Assembly (NCBI GenBank): GCA_028291705.1
Contig: JAQGNS010000428.1
Coordinates: forward strand, 9,255 to 73,254
Origin: Nevskia sp.
GTDB taxonomy: Bacteria > Pseudomonadota > Gammaproteobacteria > Nevskiales > Nevskiaceae
DNA length: 64,000 bases
Reading direction: 5' to 3'
The translations under genes were made by a program, and so were the position numbers. Positions 1 through 9,869 of this stretch are shown here, one piece after another (the stretch's first letter is position 1; each line of letters opens with the position of its first letter). The notes beneath the pieces were generated by a model. The model was not told the origin of the DNA and did no database searches. It saw nothing but the letters and a program-made list of their open reading frames with translations.

Positions 1-288
1 TACAGGGGTGTCTGGTATGAGGTGGGGGAACGCAGCTACTATGCCGCGGTGCCCAACTCTTCGGTTGTCATTCCGAGTGGGGCGAGCGTCAGCAGTTCCG
101 ACATCACCATTTCGGGAGCGGTCCCCGGCGATTGGGTGGATGCTGCCTGCGATGTTGATCTGCAGGGATGCCTGCTCACGGGGTATGTCAAAGGCGCGAA
201 TACCGTAAAGGCGGTTTTCGCAAACCTCACCGGGAGCGGCGTTACGCTGGCTTCCGGCAATCTTTACATCAAAATCCGTCCGCATTGA
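1..288 (+). CDS. 3' end of a protein cut by the window edge; C-terminal domain resembles those of phage tailspike/surface beta-helix proteins
   Basis: Frame 1 is open from base 1 (YRGVWYEVGERSYY...) to TGA at 286-288. The GAVPGDWV...LTGYVKGANTVKAVFANLTG...TLASG pattern is recognised by eye only. Confidence 0.5.
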   Translation, partial: YRGVWYEVGERSYYAAVPNSSVVIPSGASVSSSDITISGAVPGDWVDAACDVDLQGCLLTGYVKGANTVKAVFANLTGSGVTLASGNLYIKIRPH

Positions 289-371
289 TTGTCGGACTGC
301 GGAAGCTGCGCTCGGGTGGGAGAGTCGACATCGAGCGCGGGGCGGCCGTACTTGCGAGCCGCCCCGCGCTG

Positions 372-3185
372 CTACAAGGCTTCGATCTTCCCTATCTGCT
401 CGTTCAGTGCCGCCAGTTCCTGCTGCTGCTGCGCGATGCGGGTGCGTTCGCGTTCCAGAACCTCGGGCGGGGCGCCGTTGACGAACTTCTCGCTGCCCAT
501 GCGCGCCAGGTTCTTCGCCAGATCGGACTCGGTCTGGGCCTTTTTCTTGCGCAGGCGCGCCAACTCGGCTTCCTTGTCGATCAGGCCGGCCATCGGCACC
601 AGGATCTTCATGCTTCCGAGCAGGGAGGTGGCTGAAACCGGTGGTTCCTCGCCGACGGCGAGCAGGCGTGGTTCCTGGACATTCGTCAGTGCCATGATCG
701 AACCGGCGAGGCGGGCGATACGCTCCGCGTCCGCGGTTGCCGCATCCTGCACCAGCAGCGGCAGGGTGATCTTCGGCGAGATGTCCATGCCGCTGCGGAT
801 CTGGCGCACGCCGAGGATGAAGGCCTTGAGCCATTCCACGTCGGCTTCCGCGGCCTCGTCGATCTTTTCCGGCTGCGCCGTGGGGTAGGGCTGCAGCATG
901 ATGGTTTTGCCCGTCTTGCCGGCGAGCGGCGCCACGCGCTGCCACAGGTCTTCGGTGACGAAGGGCATCAGCGGATGCAGCAGGCGCAGGATCGTTTCCA
1001 GCACGCGCAGCAGGGTGCGGCGCGTGCCGCGCTTGGCCGAGTCGTTGTCGCCGCGCAGGGTCGGCTTGGTCAGTTCCAGGTACCAGTCGCAGTACTCGTT
1101 CCACACGAACTGGTACAAGGTCTGTGAGAGCAGGTCGAAGCGGTAGGTCTTGAAATGCTCGGCCGCCTCGGCCTCGACTTTTTGCAATCTGGAAATGATC
1201 CAGCGGTCGGCTTCGCTCAGCCAGGCCTGCCCATCCGGATTCGGATCCTGCTCTTCGCAATTCATCAGCACGTAGCTGGTCGCGTTCCAGATCTTGTTGC
1301 AGAAGTTGCGATAACCGGCGGCGCGGCTGAAATCGAAACGGATATCGCGGCCGGGGCTGGCCAGCGAAGCGAAGGTGTAGCGCAGCGCATCCACGCCCAC
1401 CGCCTCGATGCCGGCGGGGTAGTCCTTGCGCGTCGCCTTCTCGATCTTCGGCGCGGTCTCCGGCTTCATCAGCCCGGTGGTGCGCTTCTTCAGCAGTTCG
1501 TCCAGGCTGATGCCGTCAACCAGATCCAGCGGGTCGAGCACATTGCCTTTGGACTTGCTCATCTTCTGGCCTTCGCTGTCGCGGATCAGGCCGTGCACGT
1601 AGACCTCGCGGAACGGCACGTCGCCGTGCAGCTTGAGGCCCATCATCACCATGCGCGCCACCCAGAAGAAGATGATGTCGAAGCCCGTTACCAGCACGCT
1701 GCTGGGATAGAACTTCTTCAGTTCCGGTGTTTCCCGCGGCCAGCCCAGCGTCGCCAGCGGCCAGATGTCGGAGGAGAACCAGGTGTCGAACACGTCCTCG
1801 TCCTGCCGCAGCGCCAGGTCGGCGGCCAGCTTGTACTTGCTGCGCACCTCGGCTTCGTTGCGCGCCACGTAGATGTTGCCGTCGGCGTCGTACCAGGCCG
1901 GGATGCGATGGCCCCACCACAGCTGGCGGCTGATGCACCAGTCCTGGATATTGCGCAGCCAGTGGAAGTAGGTATTGCTCCAGTTCTCCGGCACGAACTT
2001 GATGCTGCCGCCTTCCACTGCCTGGATTGCAGGTTCGGTGATCGCGGTCCGGCCGCCGGGGCGGCCGTCGTCCAGGGTCTTGCGGGTCAGGTCGACGAAC
2101 CACTGGTCGGTGAGATAAGGCTCCACCACCACACCGCTGCGGTCGCCGATCGGCAGCTTGAGCTTGTGATCGTCGATCTTCGCCAGCAGGCCCTGTGCTT
2201 CCAGGTCCGCCACAACACGTTTGCGGGCTTCGAAGCGGTCGAGGCCACGGTAAGCGGCGGGCGCCTCATCGTTGATGGCGGCCGTAGGCGTGAAGATATT
2301 GATGACCGGCAGCTTGTGGCGCTGGCCGAGGGCGTAATCGTTGAAATCGTGCGCCGGCGTGATCTTGACGCAGCCGGTGCCGAACTCGCGATCGACATAG
2401 TCGTCGCCGACGATGGGGATTTCGCGGTCGGACAGCGGCAGCTTCACCTTGCCGCCGATCAGGTGCTTGTAGCGCTCGTCCTCCGGGTGCACCGCCACCG
2501 CGGTGTCGCCCAGCATGGTTTCCGGGCGGGTGGTGGCGACGACGATGTAGTCGAGGCCGTCCTGGGTCTTGGCGCCGCCGGCCAGCGGGTAGCGGAAGTG
2601 CCACAGCTTGCCGTCCTTCTCTTCCTGCACCACCTCCAGGTCGGAGATGGCGGTCTGCAGCACCGGGTCCCAGTTGACCAGGCGTTTGCCGCGGTAGATC
2701 AGGCCGTCCTCGTGCAGGCGCACGAAGTGTTCGATCACCGCTTCGGAATAGCCGGGGTCCATGGTGAAGGCCTTGCGCGACCAGTCCACCGAACTGCCCA
2801 TGCGGCGGATCTGGTTCTCGATGGTGTCGCCGGAGTATTTCTTCCACTCCCACACCTTCTCGACGAACTTCTCGCGGCCCAGGTCGAGGCGTGAGCTGCC
2901 CTGCAATTTGAGGTTGCGCTCCACCACCATCTGCGTGGCGATGCCGGCGTGATCGGTGCCCGGCTGCCACAGCGTGTCGTCGCCGCGCATGCGGTGGTAG
3001 CGCGTGAGCGCATCCATGATGGTGTGCTGGAAAGCGTGTCCCATGTGCAGCGTGCCGGTGACGTTCGGCGGCGGGATCATGATGGAGTAGGGCGCACCGC
3101 TGCCCTGCGGCGCGAACCAGCCGCTGCTTTCCCAGGTATCGCGCCAGCGTGCCTCGATGGCGCGGGGGTCGAAAGTCTTTTCCAT
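372..3185 (-). CDS. valS: Valine--tRNA ligase
   Basis: [13 protein letters not shown] (HIGH-type) motif, [19 protein letters not shown]-terminal coiled coil; 937 aa. Confidence 0.99.
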   Translation of the reverse strand: MEKTFDPRAIEARWRDTWESSGWFAPQGSGAPYSIMIPPPNVTGTLHMGHAFQHTIMDALTRYHRMRGDDTLWQPGTDHAGIATQMVVERNLKLQGSSRLDLGREKFVEKVWEWKKYSGDTIENQIRRMGSSVDWSRKAFTMDPGYSEAVIEHFVRLHEDGLIYRGKRLVNWDPVLQTAISDLEVVQEEKDGKLWHFRYPLAGGAKTQDGLDYIVVATTRPETMLGDTAVAVHPEDERYKHLIGGKVKLPLSDREIPIVGDDYVDREFGTGCVKITPAHDFNDYALGQRHKLPVINIFTPTAAINDEAPAAYRGLDRFEARKRVVADLEAQGLLAKIDDHKLKLPIGDRSGVVVEPYLTDQWFVDLTRKTLDDGRPGGRTAITEPAIQAVEGGSIKFVPENWSNTYFHWLRNIQDWCISRQLWWGHRIPAWYDADGNIYVARNEAEVRSKYKLAADLALRQDEDVFDTWFSSDIWPLATLGWPRETPELKKFYPSSVLVTGFDIIFFWVARMVMMGLKLHGDVPFREVYVHGLIRDSEGQKMSKSKGNVLDPLDLVDGISLDELLKKRTTGLMKPETAPKIEKATRKDYPAGIEAVGVDALRYTFASLASPGRDIRFDFSRAAGYRNFCNKIWNATSYVLMNCEEQDPNPDGQAWLSEADRWIISRLQKVEAEAAEHFKTYRFDLLSQTLYQFVWNEYCDWYLELTKPTLRGDNDSAKRGTRRTLLRVLETILRLLHPLMPFVTEDLWQRVAPLAGKTGKTIMLQPYPTAQPEKIDEAAEADVEWLKAFILGVRQIRSGMDISPKITLPLLVQDAATADAERIARLAGSIMALTNVQEPRLLAVGEEPPVSATSLLGSMKILVPMAGLIDKEAELARLRKKKAQTESDLAKNLARMGSEKFVNGAPPEVLERERTRIAQQQQELAALNEQIGKIEAL

Positions 3186-3290
3186 GTCAGGGTCTGTCGG
3201 CGCGAGAGGCGCGAATGTACCGGCGGCCGCAGCGGCCGCCGTGCGAGGGGTATTTTACCGCGCGCCCGGCGCGGAGCCGGGCGGTCAGGC

Positions 3291-3728
3291 TCAGCTGGCG
3301 TTGTTCGGCGTCAACGCGGGGCCGGGCGTGCGTTCGCAGTCCGGGCCGCGCACCACATCGACCTCGTCGACCACGCCGCCGCTGGGCAGGACCACGACCT
3401 GGTCGCGGTTCTCGCAGGCGAAGCTGAGCTTGCCGGAGCGCTGCACGCAGGACAGGAAGCGCGAGGCGCTGCGGTTGCGGCCCAACTCGTCGGTGAAGTT
3501 GCCGGTGCGGGTGTCGCAGTTGTAGCCCTGCGAGGACAGGGTCGCCTCCGCCGCCACCATGGTGGTGCCGATCGGCACGCTGGCGTGCACATGGTCGCTG
3601 GTCTTGGGATCGACGGTCTGGTTGAAGGTGCTGCGCACGTAGTCGTGCAGGCCGCTGAAAGTGCTGCAACCGGAGATCAGGAAGCTGGCAGCGAGCCCTG
3701 CGGCGAAACGGGCGGAATGGGGGCTCAT
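3291..3728 (-). CDS. Hypothetical lipoprotein between holC and valS
   Basis: Signal peptide MSPHSARFAAGLAASFLISGC with an ISGC lipobox; four further Cys; co-oriented with the holC-valS run. Confidence 0.7.
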   Translation of the reverse strand: MSPHSARFAAGLAASFLISGCSTFSGLHDYVRSTFNQTVDPKTSDHVHASVPIGTTMVAAEATLSSQGYNCDTRTGNFTDELGRNRSASRFLSCVQRSGKLSFACENRDQVVVLPSGGVVDEVDVVRGPDCERTPGPALTPNNAS

Positions 3729-3748
3729 GGAATGCCTCGGTTTGAACT

Positions 3749-4183
3749 TCAAAGATTATGGGAGGACAGCTCGTAACCGCGGTCCCGGTAGAATTTGTAC
3801 CGTTCGCGCGATTTTGCGCGCTGTACGGCATCGCCGTCGACAATTTCGAGCACCCGTTCGAAGCTGCTGAAAAAAGGCGGCACGTCGAGGCCCAGGTTGA
3901 TCATCACGCCGTGATGGCTTGCCGGTGGTTCGCCGTCGCCGATCAGCACGTAGGGCAGGGGCTCCTGCAGGGGCGTGCCGAGCCGTTCGTGGGCGATGAA
4001 GCTGCCCTGGCGGAAACTCCACAGCAGGCTGTCGACGGCGTTCGACACCGCCGCGTCCGGCGCGTACACATAGACCCGCTGGCCGCCCGCAGCCGCCTTG
4101 TCACACAGCTTGCAGGCGGTCATCACCGCGCCCTCGGGCGGCTTGCCGCCTTCGGGGAGAATATAGAAATCGACGCGGGTCAT
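3749..4183 (-). CDS. holC: DNA polymerase III subunit chi
   Basis: MTRVDFYIL start, LLWSFRQGSFIAH, RERYKFYRDRGY end; conserved pepA-holC-valS order. Confidence 0.96.
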   Translation of the reverse strand: MTRVDFYILPEGGKPPEGAVMTACKLCDKAAAGGQRVYVYAPDAAVSNAVDSLLWSFRQGSFIAHERLGTPLQEPLPYVLIGDGEPPASHHGVMINLGLDVPPFFSSFERVLEIVDGDAVQRAKSRERYKFYRDRGYELSSHNL

Positions 4184-4208
4184 CGGCCTGCGCTGCCGGC
4201 GGCGCGCC

Positions 4209-5720
4209 TCATTCCTCGTGCTTGGCGGCGTAGTTCAGCAGGTACTGCACCAGCAGGGGCACCGGTCGGCCGCTGGCCTTCTTGCCGGTCCAGGCGGTGC
4301 CGGCGATATCCAGGTGCGCCCACTTCAGCTTGCGGGTGAACTTGTGCAGGAAGGTGGCGCCGATGATGGCGCCGGCCTCGCGCGCGCCGATGGTGGCGAT
4401 ATTGGCCACGTCGGCGAACTCGCTCTTGATCTGCGGTTCGTATTCCGGCCACAGCGGCAGTTCCCAGGCGCGGTCGCCGATCTGCTCGCCGGCGCTGAGC
4501 AGGGAGCGGACCAGGCCGGACTGGTTGGCGAACAGGCCCGAGGCGTGGCTGCCGAGGGCGACGACGCAGGCTCCGGTGAGGGTGGCCATGTCGATGCACA
4601 CTGCCGGGTCGTAGGTCTTCTCGGCGTAGGTGAGGGCATCGCACAGGATCAGGCGGCCTTCAGCGTCGGTGTTCAGCACCTCGATGGTGATGCCGGCCAT
4701 GCTGGTGACGATGTCGCCCGGCTTCACCGCTTCGCCGTTGATCAGGTTTTCGGTTGCGGGAATGATGCCGATCAGGTTGATCGGCAGCTTCAGTTCGGCC
4801 ACCGCGGCGAAGACGCCGAATACCGAGGCGCCGCCGCACATGTCGAACTTCATCTCGTCCATCGCCGCCGCCGGCTTGATCGAAATGCCGCCGGCGTCGA
4901 AGGTCAGGCCCTTGCCGACCAGGGCGATGGGCGCTTCGCCCTTGGGCCCCTTGAGGTATTCCATCACGATCAGCTTGGGCGGCTGGCTGCTGCCGCGGGC
5001 CACCGAGAGCAGGGCACCCATGCCCAGCTTCTCCATGTCGGCCTTTTCCAGCACCTTGGCCTTGAAACGGTAGGCTTCGGCCAGCTTCATGGCCTGGTCC
5101 GCCAGGTAGGTCGGCGTGCAGTAATTGCCCGGCAGGTTGGCCAGGTCCTTGGTCAGGGCCACGCCATGGCCGATGGCCAGCGCTTCCGCCAGGCCTTTTT
5201 CGCCCGCCGGCAGATCGCTGCGGCGCGGCACGTCGAAGGTCAGGCGCTCCATCTTCGGCTTGGGCAGGTCTTCCCGCGCCCGTTCGCCGCGCATGGCGTC
5301 GAAACGATAGTTCTCGTTCTCGATGGCCAGGGTGGCCTGCTGCACGTTCCAGTGGTAATCCCGTCCCTTCACCGCCAGGTGGGTCAGGTAGATCACGGCG
5401 TCGATGGCGCCGGTGGAGCGCAGCGCCCGGGCCACTGAGGCGTGCACCTTGCGGAAGGCGCCCTCGTCGAAATCGCGCTCGCGGCCCAGGCCGACCAGCA
5501 TGACGCGGTCGCAGAACACGCCGGTGAGGTTGTGCAGCACCAGGGTCTGGCCGAGTTTGCCGTCCATGTCGCCGCGACGCATGATGCTGCCGATGGCGCC
5601 TTCGGTGACCTGGTCGATGGTCGTTGCCGACTCCGTCGGGTTGCGGCGGTCGAAAATGCCCACCACGACGCAGGCGACGCGCTGCTTCTCGGGATTGCCG
5701 CTTTTTACGAAATATTCCAT
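4209..5720 (-). CDS. pepA: Leucyl aminopeptidase (M17)
   Basis: VGKGLTFDAGGISIK, MKFDMCG and NTDAEGRL metal-binding motifs. Start reassigned to MEYFVKSG (ATG at 5720). Confidence 0.97.
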   Translation of the reverse strand: MEYFVKSGNPEKQRVACVVVGIFDRRNPTESATTIDQVTEGAIGSIMRRGDMDGKLGQTLVLHNLTGVFCDRVMLVGLGRERDFDEGAFRKVHASVARALRSTGAIDAVIYLTHLAVKGRDYHWNVQQATLAIENENYRFDAMRGERAREDLPKPKMERLTFDVPRRSDLPAGEKGLAEALAIGHGVALTKDLANLPGNYCTPTYLADQAMKLAEAYRFKAKVLEKADMEKLGMGALLSVARGSSQPPKLIVMEYLKGPKGEAPIALVGKGLTFDAGGISIKPAAAMDEMKFDMCGGASVFGVFAAVAELKLPINLIGIIPATENLINGEAVKPGDIVTSMAGITIEVLNTDAEGRLILCDALTYAEKTYDPAVCIDMATLTGACVVALGSHASGLFANQSGLVRSLLSAGEQIGDRAWELPLWPEYEPQIKSEFADVANIATIGAREAGAIIGATFLHKFTRKLKWAHLDIAGTAWTGKKASGRPVPLLVQYLLNYAAKHEE

Positions 5721-6000
5721 TTTTTCTCTGAATCTGGCGGTAGAACGCTTGAAAACAGGCAAAAGCCGGTATCGGGGTGCAAGCCTCGTGCCGGGCGGCC
5801 CGGGTAAGCGGGGCGGCCTGGAGTATTCCTGATTTTTACCGGCTGTTTCGGATGCGGCGCTGATTGTAAGCCATTCTTCGCAAATCGCCAGAGGCGACGG
5901 CGTCCCAGGGGGGCTTCGCCCCGGGCAGATGCGGGAATCTGCTTTGCCGTTCCGGCGGCCGCACCCGCTACTCACGAGCAGCGGTTAAACTTCCCCGCTC

Positions 6001-7074
6001 ATGAACCGCCTGGTCCTCGACCGATACCTGATGCGTGAAGCGGCGACCGCCTGGTTTGCGGTCACCTTCGTGCTGCTGGCCATCATGCTGTCGACCCGTT
6101 TCGCCAGCGTGCTGGGCATCGCCGCCAAGGGCGATCTGCCGCGCGACCTGCTGCTCAACGTGGCCCTGCTGTCGACCCTGCGCTACCTTGTCATCCTGAT
6201 TCCGGCCTCGCTGCTGCTGGCCATCATGATGTCACTGGGGCGCCTGTACAGCGATAACGAGATCGCCGCCATGACCGGCTGCGGCGTCGGCCTCGGGCGC
6301 CTGTACCGGCCCTTCCTGTGGCTGGCGGTGCTGCTGGCGGCGCTGACCGCGGCGCTGTCGTTTTCCATCGGTCCCTGGGCCGGCCGCCAAGCCGACTTCC
6401 TGGTCAAGGACGCCAAGCGGCTGGTGCAGTACACCCCGTTCGAGCCCGGGCAGTTCAAGCCCACCGCCGGCGGCAAGGCGGTGTTCTATACCGCTTCGAT
6501 GAATCCCGACGGCACCCAGTTCGGACAGGTGTTCGCCCAGATCGAGGAAGCCCACGGCGCCAGCGTGGTGGTGGCCACCCGCGGCGAACAGAACAGCGAC
6601 CCAGCCACCGGCGACCGCTCGGTGCGGCTGTTCGACGGCTACCGCTATTCCGGCATCCCGGGCACGGCTGAATACGACGTGGTCAAGTTCAAGGAACTGA
6701 CCCTGCGCCTGTCGCCCCCGGCCTTCGACTACATCAACAACCAGCGCGTGCTCAGCCCCACCGGCGACCTGATGGGCAGTGCCGATCCGCGCGACCAGGC
6801 GGAATTGCAATCGCGCCTGGCGGCACCGCTGTCGGTGCTGATCCTGGCGTTGCTGGCGGTGCCGCTGTCCCACCTGCGCCCGCGCCAGGGCCGCTACGGC
6901 AAGCTGGTGCTGGGCATCCTGGCGGTGCTGGTCTACCTCAACCTGATCAGCTTCGGCGCCACCTGGGTCGGCAAGGGCAAGGTGCCGCCGATGCTGGGCC
7001 TGTGGTGGGTGCACGGCCTGATGCTGAGCGTCGCGCTGGTGCTGATCGCGCGCCGGCAAGGGTGGCTGCGATGA
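6001..7074 (+). CDS. lptF: LPS export ABC transporter permease LptF
   Basis: LDRYLMRE start, GRLYSDNEIAAM motif, multi-TM; divergent from pepA as in many gammaproteobacteria. Confidence 0.94.
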   Translation: MNRLVLDRYLMREAATAWFAVTFVLLAIMLSTRFASVLGIAAKGDLPRDLLLNVALLSTLRYLVILIPASLLLAIMMSLGRLYSDNEIAAMTGCGVGLGRLYRPFLWLAVLLAALTAALSFSIGPWAGRQADFLVKDAKRLVQYTPFEPGQFKPTAGGKAVFYTASMNPDGTQFGQVFAQIEEAHGASVVVATRGEQNSDPATGDRSVRLFDGYRYSGIPGTAEYDVVKFKELTLRLSPPAFDYINNQRVLSPTGDLMGSADPRDQAELQSRLAAPLSVLILALLAVPLSHLRPRQGRYGKLVLGILAVLVYLNLISFGATWVGKGKVPPMLGLWWVHGLMLSVALVLIARRQGWLR

Positions 7075-8132
7075 TCAACCGCCTCGACCGTTACGTCATC
7101 AGCCACGTGCTGCAGCTGACCGGCATCGTCGCCCTTGGTTTGGTTTCGATCTACACCCTGGTGGTGTTCGTCTCCGACGTCAACGAGACCGGCAAGGGTA
7201 GTTACGGCGTACTGCAGGTGCTGGAATACAGCCTGCTGATGATCCCCAGCAGCCTCTATATCCTGATGCCGATCGTGGCCCTGCTCGGCACCCTGATGGG
7301 TATCGGCGCGCTGTCGCGCAGCGGCGAACTGACCGCGATGCGTTCGGCCGGCGTGTCGCTGTCCCGCATCGGCGGGGCCACCCTCATCGCCGGGGCGGGA
7401 CTGGCGGTTTTCGCCTTTTTCCTCGGCGACTGGCTGGCGCCGACCAGCGAGGCCGTGGCCACCGAGCTGCGCGACAGCTCGCGCGGCAGCGGCGGCAATA
7501 CCGGCAAGTCGGTATGGCTGCGTGATGCCGACCGCGTGGTGCGCATCAGCAAGCTGCAGAGCGAGGACCACATCGGCGACGTCACGGTCTTCAGGCTGGG
7601 CAGCGACGGCCGCCTGGAAGCTGCGCTGACCGTCGACGAAGGGGTCTACGTCGACGGGCACTGGCGGCTGTCGGGGGTGAAACGCACCGATTTCGCCGAC
7701 GACCACACCACCGTCACCGTGCTCGACCAGATGGACCTGGGCAACGGCATCAGCCCCAATGTGCTCAAGCTGTTCATCCTCGAGGCCGGCAGCCTGTCGG
7801 CGCATGGTCTGGTGCGACTCATCGGCTACATGGACGAAAACCACCTCGACGCCGCCAAATACCGCCTGCTGCTGTGGCGCAAGCTGACCGAGCCGCTGAC
7901 GGTGATGGTGATGATGTTGTTCGCGGTGCCTTTCGTCATCGGGCAGTTGCGTGACGCCGGGGCCGGCCAGAAACTGCTGGCGGGCGCCCTGGTCGGCATC
8001 GTCTTCTACGTCGTCAACAAGGTGTCGGTGAGCCTGGGGGACATCTACCAATGGCCGGCGCCGCTGGCGGCCGGCTTGCCTACCCTGGGGTTGGCCTTGC
8101 TGTCCTGGTGGCGGTTGTCGCGGGCGCGTTAA
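7071..8132 (+). CDS. lptG: LPS export ABC transporter permease LptG
   Basis: MINRLDRYV start overlaps the lptF stop (ATGA); LSRSGELTAMRSAG motif. Confidence 0.94.
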   Translation: MINRLDRYVISHVLQLTGIVALGLVSIYTLVVFVSDVNETGKGSYGVLQVLEYSLLMIPSSLYILMPIVALLGTLMGIGALSRSGELTAMRSAGVSLSRIGGATLIAGAGLAVFAFFLGDWLAPTSEAVATELRDSSRGSGGNTGKSVWLRDADRVVRISKLQSEDHIGDVTVFRLGSDGRLEAALTVDEGVYVDGHWRLSGVKRTDFADDHTTVTVLDQMDLGNGISPNVLKLFILEAGSLSAHGLVRLIGYMDENHLDAAKYRLLLWRKLTEPLTVMVMMLFAVPFVIGQLRDAGAGQKLLAGALVGIVFYVVNKVSVSLGDIYQWPAPLAAGLPTLGLALLSWWRLSRAR

Positions 8133-8650
8133 ACCGGTCGGGGTAGCAGCACCATCTCGGTGCTGGTCAGCCGGTCGTAGAACGCGCGGCGCCTGCCGTC
8201 GAGCAGCAGAAACGCCACGGCAATGAAGGTGTAGGCCGCACAGGCGCCCGTCGTCTCGACGCGGTACGGTACGGTCGCCGTCACGGCGGCCGGCAGCGCC
8301 GGCAGCATCAGCACTGCCAGCGCGATCAGCCAGCTGGCCAGCATCAGGGTATAGCGCACCGCGGCCACCGGCCAGCGCACCGCCGCACCATCGGCGCGCA
8401 CCAGTTGCAGGCGCCAGGAGCGCATTCCCAGTGTTTGCCCGCCATGGGTCCAGGACCAGCCGAAAAAGGCCAGCCCGGTGAGGAACAGGAGCAGTGAATT
8501 GGCATGGTCGTTACGGGCCACCTCCACCAGGTTGTGCATGAACAGGCTGGCTAGCAGAACCACCATCCACAGCGCCAGCAGCAGCAGGCCGTCGTAGCAG
8601 GCGGCGGCCAGGCGTCGCCAGGGCGAAGCGGGGAGTGCGGGGGCTGTCAT
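8129..8650 (-). CDS. RDD family membrane protein
   Basis: WRRLAAACYD, GQTLGMRSWRL and YDRLTST RDD motifs; usual position after lptG. Confidence 0.92.
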   Translation of the reverse strand: MTAPALPASPWRRLAAACYDGLLLLALWMVVLLASLFMHNLVEVARNDHANSLLLFLTGLAFFGWSWTHGGQTLGMRSWRLQLVRADGAAVRWPVAAVRYTLMLASWLIALAVLMLPALPAAVTATVPYRVETTGACAAYTFIAVAFLLLDGRRRAFYDRLTSTEMVLLPRPV

Positions 8651-8759
8651 GGTGTGGTGCGTCGCAGAAGCGTAGGATGGGTGGGCTACTTGTCACGATT
8701 CCGGCGGCTCGCCGGGGGCAGGTATTGTACAAACTGGCGGTTGCGCACTGGGGGAGACC

Positions 8760-8918
8760 ATGGCGGAAGAAGATCCTTCACTGCTTGATCGCAGCGGCAT
8801 TTTCTATGTCAGCCCGCGCGAGCATCGCCGCAAGCTGACCCGGCGCGCGCACTGGGCCCTGTGGGCCTTGCTGGTCGGCTTCGCCACGGGTTTCGTGGTG
8901 GTGCGCCTGTTTTTCTGA
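8760..8918 (+). CDS. Small single-pass membrane protein (52 aa), absent from the ORF track
   Basis: GGGGAG RBS before ATG at 8760. MAEEDPSLLDRSGIFYVSPREHRRKLTRRAHWALWALLVGFATGFVVVRLFF: basic patch then one TM helix. Apparent homologue at 55804-55926. Confidence 0.65.
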   Translation: MAEEDPSLLDRSGIFYVSPREHRRKLTRRAHWALWALLVGFATGFVVVRLFF

Positions 8919-9248
8919 GGCCGGCACAAAAATGGCCGGGCCGGGCTTGGCCGGGCCCTGCCGGCGTTCCCGAGCACCTGGGCGGCCTTCGGGCCGCGTT
9001 CCGGCTGCCCTTGCGGGGCAAGCCGGGACTCGATTGCCGCCGGGCGGACTGGCCGTCATATTCCGTTCGCATCAAACCGGTATACGGTACCAGCCGGGAC
9101 TCCCGACGCTTGGATCCGACCATGACGGCCCGTTTCCTGCGTTAGGATTAGGGAACCAGGATCGCGTGACGGGGCGCAATCCGGGCGCCGGCATCCACCA
9201 GGCAGCATTCCGGCGGGAGCTGAATTCAAAATGGGAGTTCGCGGGCCG

Positions 9249-9716
9249 ATGGCCGTGCGTAAAAAATACCTTTTCGATTCCTTGTCGGATTTCATCGGCA
9301 AGGAGCTTGGCGTCACCGACTGGACCGTGATCAGCCAGGAGCAGATCAACCTGTTCGCGGATTGCACCGGGGACCGGCAGTGGATGCACGTCGACGCCGA
9401 GCGCTGCCGCCGGGAAAGCCCCTACGGCGCGCCGGTGGCGCACGGCTTCCTGGTGCTGTCGGTGCTGGCCAAGCTGGTGGCGGACCTCGGCGGCATCCCG
9501 GAAGACGCCACCGGTGCCATCAATACCGCTGTCAACAACGTACGTTTCCGGGCGCCGGTGCTGGCCGGCGCGCGGGTGCGCGCCCGCGCGGGCATCGCCG
9601 GGGTTGCGCCGCTCAACGAAACCCAGAGCCTGGTTACCGCGGCGGTGGAACTGGAAGTGGAGGGCGGGGCCGCCCCGGCCCTGACGGCGGACCTGATGGT
9701 GCTGATGTTCCGCTGA
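9249..9716 (+). CDS. MaoC-family (hot-dog fold) dehydratase
   Basis: IGKELGVTDWTVISQEQINLFADCTGDRQWMHVD and AHGFLVLS motifs. Confidence 0.9.
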   Translation: MAVRKKYLFDSLSDFIGKELGVTDWTVISQEQINLFADCTGDRQWMHVDAERCRRESPYGAPVAHGFLVLSVLAKLVADLGGIPEDATGAINTAVNNVRFRAPVLAGARVRARAGIAGVAPLNETQSLVTAAVELEVEGGAAPALTADLMVLMFR

Positions 9717-9750
9717 GGCGCCGCCCGGCCAGCCGCAGCCCACGCTGTTT

Positions 9751-9779
9751 TTGTGTCGCGCCGCAGCCTCCCCTATAAT
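9751..9779 (+). promoter_or_regulatory. sigma70 promoter of tRNA-Glu
   Basis: TTGTGT (9751-9756), 17 bp spacer, TATAAT (9774-9779), then a GC-rich discriminator GCGCGCC, 14 bp before the tRNA. Confidence 0.75.
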
Positions 9780-9793
9780 GCGCGCCTTGCAAC

Positions 9794-9869
9794 GCTCCTA
9801 TCGTCTAGAGGCCTAGGACGGAGCCCTCTCAAGGCTTAAACCCGGGTTCGAATCCCGGTAGGAGCGCCA
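9794..9869 (+). tRNA. tRNA-Glu, anticodon CTC
   Basis: 76 nt. Acceptor stem GCTCCTA/TAGGAGC, anticodon stem GAGCC/GGCTT with loop CT-CTC-AA, T-arm CCGGG-TTCGAAT-CCCGG, encoded CCA. Confidence 0.96.

Noticed and set aside
4209-5975. N-terminal extensions in the ORF track (pepA, also parA, both TetRs, TonB receptor, DGC)
   Set aside because: Extensions are low-complexity and lack family similarity; downstream starts with RBSs fit the families better.
1155-8051. Long opposite-strand ORFs over valS, pepA and lptFG (e.g. 1155-2894, 4218-5438, 6933-8051)
   Set aside because: Antisense shadows of high-GC genes; no motifs, and they fully overlap confident genes.
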